A stretch of 64,000 bases of DNA, from NCBI GenBank assembly GCA_026770705.1, contig JANJGN010000071.1:1178001-1242000 (forward strand), read 5' to 3'. Position numbers and translations under genes: made by a program. This DNA is from Isurus oxyrinchus (taxonomy: Eukaryota). The notes beneath the pieces were generated by a model. That model saw nothing but the letters and a program-made list of their open reading frames with translations. It did no database searches and was not told the origin of the DNA. Positions within the stretch are counted from its first letter, which is position 1; every line of letters starts with the position of its first letter. Positions 37,150 through 49,350 of the stretch are shown here, piece after piece.

Positions 37150-38397
37150 AGAGAGAGAGAGAGTGTCTGAGAGAGAGAGAGAGACAGAGAGACTGTGTGA
37201 GAGAGAAAAAGAGATAGAGAGAGTGTGTGCATGTGTGAGGGAGAGTGTTTGCATATGAGGGAGAGAGTGTGCATGTGAGAATGTGTGAGAGAGAGTGTGT
37301 GGGAGAGAGCGTGTGTTTGTGACAGAGAGTGTGTGTGTGTGCGAGGGAGAGAAAGAGGGAGACAGCAGAAGACCGAGATGAAGAGAAATGTTAAATGTTT
37401 GAGAGAGAGAGAATGTGCGTGTCTGAGAGAGAGAGTGTGTGTGTGTGAGAGAGAGTGTGTGCTTGACAGAAAGAGAGATTGTGTTAGTTTTAGGGAAAGT
37501 GTGTGAGTGTGTGAGAGAGTGTTTGTCTCTGAGAGAGAGAGAGAATGTATTTGAGGGAGGGAGACAGAGAGAATGTGTGTGTGAGAGAGAGAGATAGAGC
37601 AGAAGAGTGCGATAGAGAGAGATTGTGAGTGTTAGAGAGAGAATGTGTGTGTGTGAGAGAGAGAGAGCAGAAGAGTGTGATAGAGAGAGATTGTGAGTGT
37701 TAGAGAGAGAATGTGTGTGTGAGAGAGAGATAGAGCAGAAGAGTGTGATAGAGAGAGATTGTGAGTGTTAGAGAGAGAATGTGTGTGTGAGAGAGATATA
37801 GAGCAGAAGAGTGCAATAGAGAGAGATTGTGAGTGTTGGAGAGAGAATGTGTGTGTGTGAGAGAGAGAGAGAGCAGAAGAGTGCGATAGAGAGAGATTGT
37901 GAGTGTTAGAGAGAGAATGTGTGTGTGTGTGAGAGAGAGATAGAGCAGAGGAGTGTTTTAGAGAGAGATTGTGAGTGTTAGAGAGAGAATGTGTGTGTGT
38001 GAGAGAGAGAGATAGAGCAGAGGAGTGTGATAGAGAGAGATTGTGTTTGTGAGAGAGAGAGAGAGAGCAGTAGAGTGCGATAGAGAGAGATTGTGAGTGT
38101 TAGAGAGAGAATGTGTGTGTGTGAGAGAGAGACAGAGCAGAAGAGTGTGATAGAGAGAGATTGTGAGTGTTAGAGAGAGAATGTGTGTGTGTGTGAGAGA
38201 GAGAGATAGAGCAGAAGAGTGCGATAGATAGAGATTGTGAGTGTTAGAGAGAGAATGTGTGTGTGTGAGAGAGAGATAGAGCAGAAGAGTGCGATAGAGA
38301 GAGATTGTGAGTGTTAGAGAGAGAATGTGTGTGTGTGAGAGAGAGAATTAGAGCAGAAGAGTGTGATAGAGAGAGATTGTGAGTGTTAGAGAGAGAA

Positions 38398-38429
<32 letters not shown>

Positions 38430-38455
38430 CACAGGAGTGTGATAGAGAGAGATTG
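37150..38455. repeat. GA/GT microsatellite with about 65-bp higher-order repeat
   Basis: Repeated GAGCAGAAGAGTGCGATAGAGAGAGATTGTGAGTGTTAGAGAGAGAATGTGTG units at 37570-38455. Confidence 0.9.
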
Positions 38456-39324
38456 TGAAAGCCATTGTATGTGTGGAGTATTGATGGGTTCGCATAATTA
38501 AATTGCCGGCCTCAGAAGTTAGGAGCGATTATTGATGCAAGATTTAGATGGGCTTCAGTTGCGTGTGAAGTGAAGTCTTTCTCTGGGTTGATTGTATTAA
38601 AGGGAAGAATGCGTATTCTGTCTCCTCTCGTTGTCTGGTTTCAGGCCAAACATTCCACACTGCTCTCAATAAGCCCGGACATGTGCAGCCCCAGGCCTTC
38701 ATGGGCCCAGCCTCCTGTCTGCAGGGTTTTCCACTTAACTCAGCAGTTTAAAGGTGCAAAAGTGATATCCTTGTTGATGATATGGAAAATGTGGGAATTT
38801 TGAGAGCCCTTCAAGAGATAGGGAGCGTTACAGGGGCTGGAGGAGGTTACAGGTATAGGGAGGGGTGTAGGGGTTGAAGGTGGTTACAGAGATGGGCAGG
38901 ATTGTCAAGGCTGGTGGAGGCTTGGGAGATTATTAGGGTTACAGTGGCTAGAGGAGGTGACATGTATAGGGGTGTTGTCGGGCTGGAGGTTGTTACAGGG
39001 ATAGGGAGGATTGTATGGGCTTGTGGAGGAGGTTACAGATATAGGGAGGGTTGTGGGAGGTGGAGGAGGTTACAGAGATGGGGAGGATTGTAGGGGCAGG
39101 TGGAGGTTACAGAGATAGGGAGGGTTGTAGGGGCTGGAGGAAAGGGACAGAGAGAGGAGGTTACAGATATAGGGAGGGAGACAGTCAGAGAGAGAGCGAC
39201 AGGGAGAGAGAGAGCGATAGAGAGATTGAGAGACAGAGACTGAGAGAGGGGGAAGAGAGAAGGAGAGTGAGAGAGAGACAGAACAAGTGTGAAAGATGGT
39301 GGAAGGGAAGATTGGGGAGGTGTT

Positions 39325-39675
39325 GGCCTGATGGTATTTTCGCTGGACCAGTAATCCAGAGACCCAGTGTAATGCTCCTGGGACCCTGGTTAGAATCCCA
39401 CCACAGCAGTTGGTGGAATTTCAATTCAATAAAAACCTGGAATTAAAAGTCCGATGATGACCAGGAAACCATTGCTGATTCTTGTATTTGGGTCACAAAT
39501 GCCCTTTAGGGAGGGAAATCTGCTGTCCTTACCTGGTCTGGCCTACATGTGACTCCAGACCCACAGCAATGTGGTTCACTTTTAAAAAGTGGCCTCTGAA
39601 CAAGGGCAATTAGGGTTGGGCAATAAATGCTGGCCTAGGCAGTGATGTCCACATCACATGAAAGAATGAAATAAA
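39325..39675 (+). mobile_element. tRNA-derived SINE sharing its 3' tail with the local LINE
   Basis: tRNA-like head with box B-like GGTTAGAATCC and a GGGCAATAAATGCTGGCC tail. Relatives at 56390-56650, 16620-16900 (-), 54860-55020 and 25380-25600. Confidence 0.7.
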
Positions 39676-40254
39676 AGGACAGAGAGGGACAGACAGAGTC
39701 GAGAGACACCCAGAATGAAAAAAACACAGTAAACACTGGAAAATAAACATTCTGGTCTGATCTGGTCTTGTATACCTTCAAATGGAACACCAGTAAAACA
39801 GGGAAATAAGAGTACTGGGCCAAACTGTTAGAGAGGGTCACATTTAGAGAGAGAGAGAGAGAGAGAAAGAGGGAGACACTGAAAGAGATAAGGACAAGGA
39901 AAGAAAGAGTGAGAGAGAGAGACAGACAGAGACACACAAAGAAGTAGAAAGAAAGTGATAGAGATGAAGCAGGAGAGAATGAGGAGAAAGATAGATAGAT
40001 AGAGAGAGAGGATGGTAGAGAAAGAGAACGAGAGGAAAAGAGACAAAGGCAGAATGTGATGGAACACTGAATCCTTGTCTATGCGTTTTGAAATCCAGCC
40101 CAGAACTATCATTGGAAGATTCAGCGAGTGTCCAGTACAGGGGACCCAGCCCAACCTTCTCATCCTGACCTTCCCAGTGGGGCTGAAGAGGGCAGAGAGG
40201 AAACCTTCCTCTGTTATTCTGTTGTCGAATAAACACAACAATTCTGGAACTCTG

Positions 40255-40855
40255 CCCTTTCTATCTCACGGATTAGAATATAAGGGGGCAGAGGTCATGC
40301 TTCAGTCTACATAAAGCCCTGGCTAGACCACACCTGGAGTCACTGTGAGACATTCTGGGCCCCACACCTTAGGAAGGATATATTGACCTCGGAGGGAGAG
40401 CAGTGTCAGTTTACCAGAATGAGACCGGGATTCCAAGGGTTAAATCACAAGGAGAGATTAAACACAAACTCGGCTTGTATTCCCTGGAAGTTAGAATGTT
40501 AAGCAGGAGATTTGATGAAAGTTCGCATGATATTAAGGGGAACAGATCGGGGGCGATAAAGAGAAACCATTTCCCCTGGTTGGGGGGAGTCTGGGACTCA
40601 GGGTCAGAGCCTAAAAAGGAATTAAATTAGGAAGTACAAAGGGTGGGAGAAATTTGGAACTCTCTTCCCCAAACAGGAACTGATGCACGATCAAGTTGTT
40701 CATTTTAAACCTGTGAGACTGATAGATTTTTGTTATCCAAAGGTATTAAAGGAGATGGGACAAAGGCATATGGGGCTAGTTTGCAGATCAGCCATGAACT
40801 CTTTGAATGGTGGAGCAGGCTCGAGGGGCCAAATGGCCTCCTCCTACCCTCATGT
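40255..40855 (+). mobile_element. CR1-type LINE 3' fragment
   Basis: KALARPHLE and LGLYSLE remnants; tail GGAGCAGGCTCGAGGGGCCAAATGGCCTCCTCCT. Confidence 0.75.
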
Positions 40856-41819
40856 AATAGAAACTTACCTGTCAGAAGCCAGTTTATGTTGATGTGAGTC
40901 TGAGTCGATGACTGAACCCAGTTGGTGACTTGTTCCATACAAAGCAAGAACGTTCATGCCCTTCAATGTTCCTGGATAAACCATGAACAAAGCTGGTGAC
41001 AGACAGTCTCCACATGGTAAACACTGACCGATCAACACATGACATGGCTGTTAACCCCTAAACCTCAGCGTAAATCAGTTCCCCCTCGAGGCCCCTTGTC
41101 CGAAATAAAAGCAACGCACACAATTTGTAAAATAGTAAGTGTCTGGCAGGAAGGAGGAGCAATGAGAGGAGTAAGGGGTTAGGGGGCGTGCGCTTCACCT
41201 GATTTGCCGACATAAGAACCAGCCCCTCTGTTTTTGCTATGTTGTGTTGCGTCAATATGAACACATATTTGCACAAGGTGAAGGGCGTTGCGGAGGGACT
41301 GATAGTTCTCGGCGCCAGACAGTCAATGTCCCAGTGACCATACTGCTGGTCCCAGGCCAGTGGGACAGGGAACATCGACACTGCAATATCCAGAAATGGG
41401 TGTGATACCACACAGCTACCCACCCGCGGCTGTCCCCTTCAAGTGTTTCAGGTATAAGAGCAGGAAGCTCCTCTAGTTACAAACCAAAGCATCAAAGCAG
41501 AGCCAGAAGATCAGAAGAGACAGGCAGAGATGGGAAGCTCCCAGATGAAATGGCGACTTGTCTTGTTCACTCTGACTTTGCTGCTCTCCCTGCAGCTGAG
41601 TCACTTCTTCTCCTTGTCGAGGTTAAGCTAAGAGATGTCCCTCTGGGTGAGGTGTTTCTTGCACATGACTCTACGTCTACCACCCAGATAGACTGGTCAC
41701 TACCGCAGTTTGATATTATTATGTTCGTGCCTTTAATATTGTCGCCCTCTATGAATTTAACATCATTTCCTTCTGTCATTTCCCCTGAAATTCTCATTCT
41801 TGTTTTCAATCCCTCCTCA

Positions 41820-43195
41820 GCGACTCCCTATCTCTGTAACCTCCTCCAGCCCGTACAACCCTCCCTATCTCAGTAAACTCCTCCAGCCCCTACAACCTTC
41901 CCTATCTCTGTAACCTCCACCAGGCCTTACAACCATCCCTATCTCTGTAACCTCCTCCAGCCCCTACACCCCTCCCTATCTCTGTAACCTCCTCCAGCCC
42001 CTACAACCCTCCCTATCTCTGTAACCTCCTCCAGCCCGTACAACCCTCCCTATCTCTGTAACCTCCTCCAGCCCCTACAACCCTCCCTATGTCTGTAACC
42101 TCCTCCAGCCCCTACAAACCTCCCTATCTCTGTAACATCCTCCAGCCCCTACAACAATCCCTATCTCTGTAACATCCTACAGTCTCGACAACCCTCCCTA
42201 TCTCTGTAACCTCCTCCAGTCCCTACAACCCTCCCTATCTCTGTAACCTCCTCCAGACCCGACAACCCTCCCTCTCTATGTAACCTCCTACAGTCCCCAC
42301 AACACTCCCTATCTCTGTAACCTCCCCCAGGCCCCACAACCCTCACGATCACTGTAACCTGCTCCAGACCCTACAACCCTCCCTATCTCTGTAACTTGCT
42401 CCAGACCCTACAACCCTCCCTATCTCTGTAACCTGCTCCAGACCCTACAACCCTCCCTATCTCTGTAACCTGCTCCAGACCCTACAACCCTCCCTATCTC
42501 TGTAAAGTCCTCCAGGCCCCACAACCCTCACAATCACTGTAACCTCCTCCAGCCCCTACAATCCTCCTGAACTCTATAACCTCCTCTCCACACTATAACT
42601 CTCCCTATCTCTGTAACCTACTGTGGCCCCTACAGCAGTGTCTATTTTGGTAACCTCCTCCAGCCTCTACAACCCTCCCTACATCTGTAACCTCCTCCAG
42701 CCCCCACAACCCCCCCATCTCTGTAACCTCCTACAGCCCCTACACACCTCCCTACCTCTGTAACCTCCTCCAGCCCCCACAACTCCCCCATCTCTGTAAC
42801 CTCCTACAGCCTCTACAACCCTCTCTATCTCTGTAACTTCCTACAGCCCTTACAACCCTCCCTATCTCTGTAACCTCCTACAGCCTCTACAGCCCTCCCT
42901 ATTTCTGTAACCTCCTCCAGCCCCTACAACCCTCCCTATCTCTGTAACCTCCTACAGCCTCTACAACCCTCCCTATCTCTGTAACTTCCTACAGCCCTTA
43001 CAACCCTCCCTTTCTCTGTAACCTCCTACAGCCTCTACAGCCCTCCCTATCTCTGTAACCTCCTCCAGCCCCTACAACCCTCCCTATCTCTGTAACCTCC
43101 TACAGCCTCTACAACCCTCCCTATCTCTGTAACCTCCTACAGCCTCTACAACCCTCCCTATCTCTGTAACCTCCTCCAGCCCCCACAACCCTACC
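41820..43195. repeat. 37-bp minisatellite (CCCTATCTCTGTAACCTCCTCCAGCCCCTACAACCCT)n
   Basis: About 37 tandem units; inverted shorter array at 38815-39140. Confidence 0.95.
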
Positions 43196-43204
43196 TAAAT
43201 CACT

Positions 43205-43815
43205 GGTCTGAGTCTCACTCCAGGGAATTCAGTCCCATAATGTAGATCAACGCTCTGTGCTGAGGGAGTGCTGCACTCTCAGAGGGTCAGTAGTGTGGAA
43301 GTGTTGCACTATTGGAGGGACAGTACTGAGGGAGTGCTATACTGTCGGAGGTCAGTACTGAGGGAGTGCTGCTGTGTCGAAGGGTTAGTACTGAAATAGA
43401 GCTGCACTGACGGAGGGACAGTACTGAGGGAGCGCAGCACTATCGAAGGGTTAATACTGAGGGAGTGCTGCAGTGTCAAAGGGTTAGTACTGAGGGAGCA
43501 CAACAATGTTGAATGAGACATTAAACCGAGTCCCCCGTCTGCCCTCTCGGGCGGGTGTGAAAGATCCCACAGCCACTATTTGGAGGAAGAGCAGAGGGTG
43601 TTCTCCCCGGTGTCCTGGGACCAATATTTATCCCTCACCCAACATCACCAAAAACAGATGATCTAGGTTACGATCACATTGCTGTTTGTGGGATCTTGCT
43701 GTGCACAAATCAGCTGCCACATTTCCTACAGTGTGAGTGCACTTCAAAAACATCCTTCAGTGGCTGTGAAATGCTTTGGGATGTGGTGAAAGGCGTTAGA
43801 GAAATGCAAGTCTGT
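43205..43815 (+). mobile_element. Deu-domain-like SINE with internally amplified 33-bp unit
   Basis: GAGACATTAAACCGAG..AAGATCCC..GAAGAGCAG..CCAATATTTATCCCTC..CACATTGCTGTTTGTGGGATCTTGCTGTGC resembles the SacSINE1/AmnSINE1 Deu core (recalled, not searched). Confidence 0.7.
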
Positions 43816-46202
43816 CCTCCTCCCCCTCTCTCTCCTGTACCTCTCTCTCTCTCTCTCCCTCTCCCTCAATCCTCCTCTCACTTTCTCCCTGATAAATTCT
43901 TTCTTTTTGCAGGTTGACACTGCTTTAGGTTCTTCGACGATTGAGAAATCTGTGGATTCCCCGGACACGGTAGGTGGAAATTCATTCCTTATTTTAAGGT
44001 TTCTCCCTGCTCGTTTCTTCCACAGAAAGTTTTCTGATTTCAAGCTGATTTCAGTGGCAGTCTGTCTCGGTTATACTCAGGAGGCATGTTTGAAATCGAG
44101 CACCCCCCGCCCCCACTTTTTTTGCAAAGCTGGGAAGAGACAATTCCAAGGAAGTGAACATATCCCCACAGGAATTTTAAATGTAACCCACGCCGGGAAT
44201 AGTGAGAGGGAGACTGATCCAGCCTGGGAGTGGGTTAAAGAGAGGCTGGGAGTCGAGAGTCGGAGAGAGGGATGGAATGGGGGAGGGAGGGATTGGAAGA
44301 GAGAGACAGAGAGTGGGACGGGGAGGGGTGAAAGGGAAAGAACATAGGTGGGAGAGAGTGACAGAGGGAGAAATTAAAGAGATGCAGAGTGAGGGAAAGT
44401 GAAAAGAGAAGAGAGATTGTCCAAGAGAGAGAAATTAACAGGAAAGGGAGAGTTACAGAGTGAGCGAAAGGTACAAAAATAGTGTGAGAGAGAGGGAGAG
44501 ATACAGAGTGGGAGAAGGAGACAGGAGAGAGAGAGGGAGAGAGACAGGAAAAGGGAGAGAGGAGAGAAAGATTGGGAGAGAGGGCAATTGAGAGGAAGAG
44601 TAGGAGAGAGAGAGACAGGGAGAGGAGGAGTGGATGAGAGGAAGAGAGAGAGAGAGATATGGAGCAGGAGAACACCTCCTCCGGTCCCGATGTTCCTCCA
44701 AAATCTCTGACATTACTGCATCTCCCGGGTCCCCCTGATTCCCATCGCTCCACCATTGGTGGCCGTGCCTTCAGCTGCCTGGGGCCCTGAGCTCCGGAAT
44801 ACCCTCCCTTAACCTCTCTGCCTCTCTCTCTCTCTCTCCTTTAAGACGCTCCTTAAAAACTGACATCTTTGACCAAGCTTTTGGTCACCTAACCCTAATA
44901 TCTCCATATGTGACTCAGTGTTAGACTTCTCTCTGATTTACGCTCCGGTAATGTGGGCTGGGACATTTTGCAATATCAGAGGCGCTGTGTGAATGCAAGT
45001 TGTGAGTGTTATGTGGAAGGGAGACCCCAGGCGGCAGTCAGTGCCAGAGACTGGAGTCATTGTGCGCAGACCATATCTAATCTCTCCGAATGCACAATCG
45101 GTTTGACTGTCAGCCAAAGCACTTTTGATATTTGATCCTTCTAACTGTTTATAACCAGGCCTACATCAAACACCGAGAGGCTGGTTAATCAACAGACACC
45201 TTAGAGGATCGAGTGAAAGACAAAGAGGACTTGCATTTCTCTAGCGCCTTCCAACACATCAGGACGTCCCAAAGTGTTTCGCAGACAATCAAGTGCTTTT
45301 TTTCTTTCATGTGAGGTCACTGATGTACTGTGGGAAAAGAATCAGCCATTGGCGCACAGTAAGATCCCACAGACAGCAGCATGATAATGACCAGCGCGCT
45401 CCCAGTACTTGCACTGCAAGTGTCAGTTCAGGATGTGTGCTGGATTCTCTGCAACTCTCAGCTCTGAGTTAAAAGGACCACCAGGCATAATTGAGAAATT
45501 ACCGAGCTGTCGGAGGGTCAGTACCGGCGGGGGGGCAGGACAGTCGGAGGGTCAGTACTGAGGGGGTGCTGCATTGTCAGACGGTCAGTCTTGGAGTGCT
45601 GCACTGTCAGAGGGTCAGTACCGGCGGGGGACTGCACAGTCGGAGTGTCAGTACTGAGGGGGTGCTGCATTGTCAGACGGTCAGTACTGAGGGAGTGCTG
45701 CACTGTCAGAGGGTCAGGGCTAAGGGAGTGCTGCACTGATGGAGGGTCAGTACTGAGTGAGTGCTGCACTGTCAGAGGGTCAGTGCTAAGGGAGTGCAGC
45801 ACTGTTGGAGGGTCAGTACTGAGTGAGCGCTGCACTGATGGAGGGTCAGTTCCGAGGGAGTGCTGCACTGTCAGAGGGTCAGTGCTAAGGAAGTGCTGCA
45901 CTGTCAGAGGGTCATTGCTAAGGAAGTGCTGCACTGTACAGAGGGAGTGTGAGACTGACAGAGGGTCAGTAATGAGGGAGTGTGAGACTGACAGAGGGTC
46001 ACTATTGAGGATGTGCTGCACAGTCGGGGGGGTCAGTACTGAGGGAGCACTGCACTGCCATAGGTGGTTTCTTTCAGATGACATGAGAGAGAGGGTTAAA
46101 CCCACTGAGACAAGACTGACACTAATGAGGCTGCTCAATAATTTAACCCTATCAGTGCCAGTAAATAATGTGAGGATGTCTTCTGTTCCCATTTCTCTGT
46201 AG

Positions 46203-46451
46203 GGTAAACAGAACGTGCTGATTACTGAGCCCCGGAACACAACCAGAGACACAACTAGTGAGGGGGAGACCCCAGCTCCCCGGGGTCTCTCTGAAGGTGC
46301 ATTGGGAGGCGATGCTGGACATTGGCACATCGACAATCCCAACGGCCTTCTCTACGCCAATCCCCAAGTATTGAGGATGTCCAGTGATGATGGGTCTGTC
46401 CACAGGGAAGAGGAGACGGAATACGCACAGATCAGGTTCGAGCATAACTGA
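46203..46451 (+). CDS. Orphan terminal exon copy 1 (LLYANP / TEYAQI)
   Basis: 249 nt open, intact acceptor, homologous to 28000-28248; no ectodomain or TM exons directly upstream. Confidence 0.75.
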   Translation, partial: GKQNVLITEPRNTTRDTTSEGETPAPRGLSEGALGGDAGHWHIDNPNGLLYANPQVLRMSSDDGSVHREEETEYAQIRFEHN

Positions 46452-46648
46452 ATGAGAAATGGGGAGTGGGAGTGAGGAGGTGTGGGGGTGGGGGTAGTGA
46501 TTGAGATTCCTGGGAACAGGAAACAACCCACTGGGGGAGAGGGGGAGAGAGGGAGGAAGGGATGCGATTGGGCTGCGGTTGGTGTGGTTTGGAATGAAAT
46601 GCTTCTCCAGAGAGGACTGGATGCTGAGCCACTGGGGATAGAGATTCA

Positions 46649-46685
<37 letters not shown>

Positions 46686-47019
46686 TCTTTGTCTTTCTTT
46701 CTGTGTCTGTCTCTCATTCTCTATCTCCAGCTCCTCCTTTAAGATGCCCGTTAATAACTGACTTTGTTGACTCAGCTGTTGGTCTCCTGTCCCTTATATC
46801 TCCTCATGTGCCTCAGAGTCAGGTGAAGATGTGACTAACAATTCCCGGATGAGCCTTGGGACATTTTGCTACATTAAAGGTCCTATATAAATGCAAGTAG
46901 TTGCAGTAAGTCTGATCTGCTTCGATTAACAATGGAACCACAAAGGCTCCTTCGACAGGGCGTGTGTGCAGGAGGATCCCAATAAATACATTGAGCTGTG
47001 AGATTTTTAATTCTTACAT

Positions 47020-47470
47020 CGAATGTGGCTGTCACTGGTGATGCCAGCATTAATGCCCATCCCTAATTGCCCTTGAGAAGGTGGTGGTGATCAGCCTTCT
47101 TGACCCGCTGCAGTCCATGTGGTGTAGGTACACCCACAGTGCTGTTAGAGAGGGAGCTCCAGGATTTTGACCCAGCGACAGTGAAGGAACGGTGATATAT
47201 TTCCAAGTCAGGATGGTGAGTGACTTGGAGGGGAACTTCCAGGTGGTGGTGTTCCCATGTGTCTGCTGCCCTTGTCCTTCTAGATGGTAGAGGTCGTGGG
47301 TTTGGAAGGTGCTGTTGAAGGAGCCTTGCTGAGTTGCTGCAGTGCATCTTGTAGATGGTACACACACTGCTTCCACTGTGTGTTCGTTGTGGAGGGAGTG
47401 AATGTTTAATGTGGGGGATGGGGTGTAGATCAATCGGGCTGCTTTGTCCTGGATGGTGTCAAGCTTCTTG
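47020..47470 (-). mobile_element. LINE 3' fragment shared with the gene C intron (61200-61655)
   Basis: Near-identical sequence at both sites; absent from the corresponding gene B intron. Confidence 0.8.
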
Positions 47471-47604
47471 ATTCTGTGCTTTGTATAGAACTGATTTAAA
47501 GAGACAGTCCCAGTCGTTGGTCTAAGATTACAGTGGGCTCTGTGTCTGTGCTACACTGACTCTCTGCTATATGATAACCACAGTGTGATATTTTGTTATT
47601 ACAG

Positions 47605-47686
47605 GAGAAAGACAGCGATGGAGGAGAGAGTTTCAGGGACCAGTGACATTGTATTGACCCCCAGTCCACTCTCTGTGAAGCACCAG
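47605..47686 (+). CDS. Orphan cytoplasmic exon 1 RKTAMEERVSGTSDIVLTPSPLSVKHQ
   Basis: 82 nt with intact splice sites. Confidence 0.75.
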
Positions 47687-47821
47687 GTACAGGAGCTGTT
47701 TACACTCACTCCAAAGCTTCTATCTCAGTGTGTAGACAACACGTGTCCCAGATTCCCAGCCCAGTTACCCACTGATTTGTACCTGTGGAGTCAGCAATGG
47801 TTCAGTATCATGCTGTCTCTC

Positions 47822-48579
47822 TGTTATGACACAGCAACTGGTAAAGGCTGTTGTTTAAAATCCCAGAGGGAAACTTTAAACAACTGTCATAACCTATATT
47901 TCCCAGTGGAATGTTTGAGATGCAGCTCTAAATTCAGGAATAAGACCATCAGTTCTTGAGATGGGTTTATATCAAACTACATGAGACATTTATTAATTTT
48001 CACAAGTTAATCATATGCACATGGCTACAAGCTAGTACTATCATAACTTTTTAACAAATTCCCAAACTAACGTCCTCTAAGACAACCCATAGACTTTAAG
48101 CAGATTCCAGGCAAAGCATTTTCACCTCACAAATTCCAAATGAGGTTCTTTTCACTTTGGTTCCTTTGCAGACAGGTGTAGGCTTACAGCTGCTTTGATG
48201 TTACAAGCCTCTGCTCTGCACACACAAAACTGCTCAAGTTATACCCAGTGCTTCTCTTTGAATGTAAATTCTCATTGTATCATCAGGACCTTTGATCTCC
48301 GTCTCTTCTAACTATAAATCCCATTTCATAGTATCAATTTTATTAGTAATATAAACATTGATTGGTTTAAGAATTCACTCCCAGGCTTTGACTCCTCCTT
48401 TTAAAAATGCAATATGCCTCTTTACCTCTTTGTTTACATCTCAAAACTACTATACATAAAAGTACCCAGACCGGCTGGCTTTAATCCAATTAAAACACAC
48501 ACACACACACCCACAGACTAAACCTCTGTTTAAAAAGACAATTTCCAATTACAATACATACATTAATAGATTCATAACG
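47822..48579 (-). mobile_element. Solo LTR-like element
   Basis: TGTTATGA...TCATAACG inverted ends; same element at 62008-62765; absent in gene B. Confidence 0.65.
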
Positions 48580-49101
48580 CTCAGTCTCTGACCCTTCATC
48601 TCTCTCTCTCTCTCTCATCCTCTCTCTGATTACAAGATTCATGTTATTGAGCCTCACACCAGGCGCCTGAGTGCAGAATCCAAGCCGACACTCGCCAGAG
48701 CCATTACCGAGGGAGTGCGAGACTGACAGAGGGTCAGTACTGGGGGAGTGCTGCACTGTCAGAGGGTCAGTACTGAGGAAGACCTGTACTGTCGGAGGGT
48801 CAGTACTGAGGGAGCGCTGCACTGCTGGAGGGTCAGTACTGAGGGAGCGCTGCACTGTCGGAGGGTCAGTAGTGAGGGAGTGCTGCACTGTTGGATGGTC
48901 AGCATTGAGGAAGTGCTGCACTATCGAAGGGTCAGTACTGAGGGAGCACTGCACTGCCATAGGTGTTTTCTTTCATAAGACATGTGAGAGAGGGTTAAAC
49001 CCACTGACCCACGACTGACACTAACGAGGCTGCAGAATATTTTAACCCTATCAGTGCCAGTAAATGATGTGAGGATGCCTTCTGTTTCCATTTCTCTGTA
49101 G

Positions 49102-49350
49102 GGTAAACAGAACGTGCTGATTACTGAGCCCCGGAACACAACCAGAGACACAACTAGCGAGGGGGAGACCCCAGCTCCCCGGGGTCTCTCTGAATGTGCA
49201 GTGGGAGGCGATGCTGGACATGGGAACCCTGACAATCCCGACGAGTTTCTCTACGCCAATCCCCAAGTCTTCAGGGTGCCCAGTGGTGATGGGTCTGTCC
49301 ACAGGGAAGAGCAGACGGAATACGCACAGATCAGATTCAAGAGAAACTGA
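49102..49350 (+). CDS. Orphan terminal exon copy 2 (FLYANP / TEYAQI)
   Basis: 249 nt open with intact acceptor. Confidence 0.75.
   Translation, partial: GKQNVLITEPRNTTRDTTSEGETPAPRGLSECAVGGDAGHGNPDNPDEFLYANPQVFRVPSGDGSVHREEQTEYAQIRFKRN

Noticed and set aside
39325-39420. tRNA-like sequence
   Set aside because: SINE head followed by a SINE body and LINE-like tail; no full cloverleaf.
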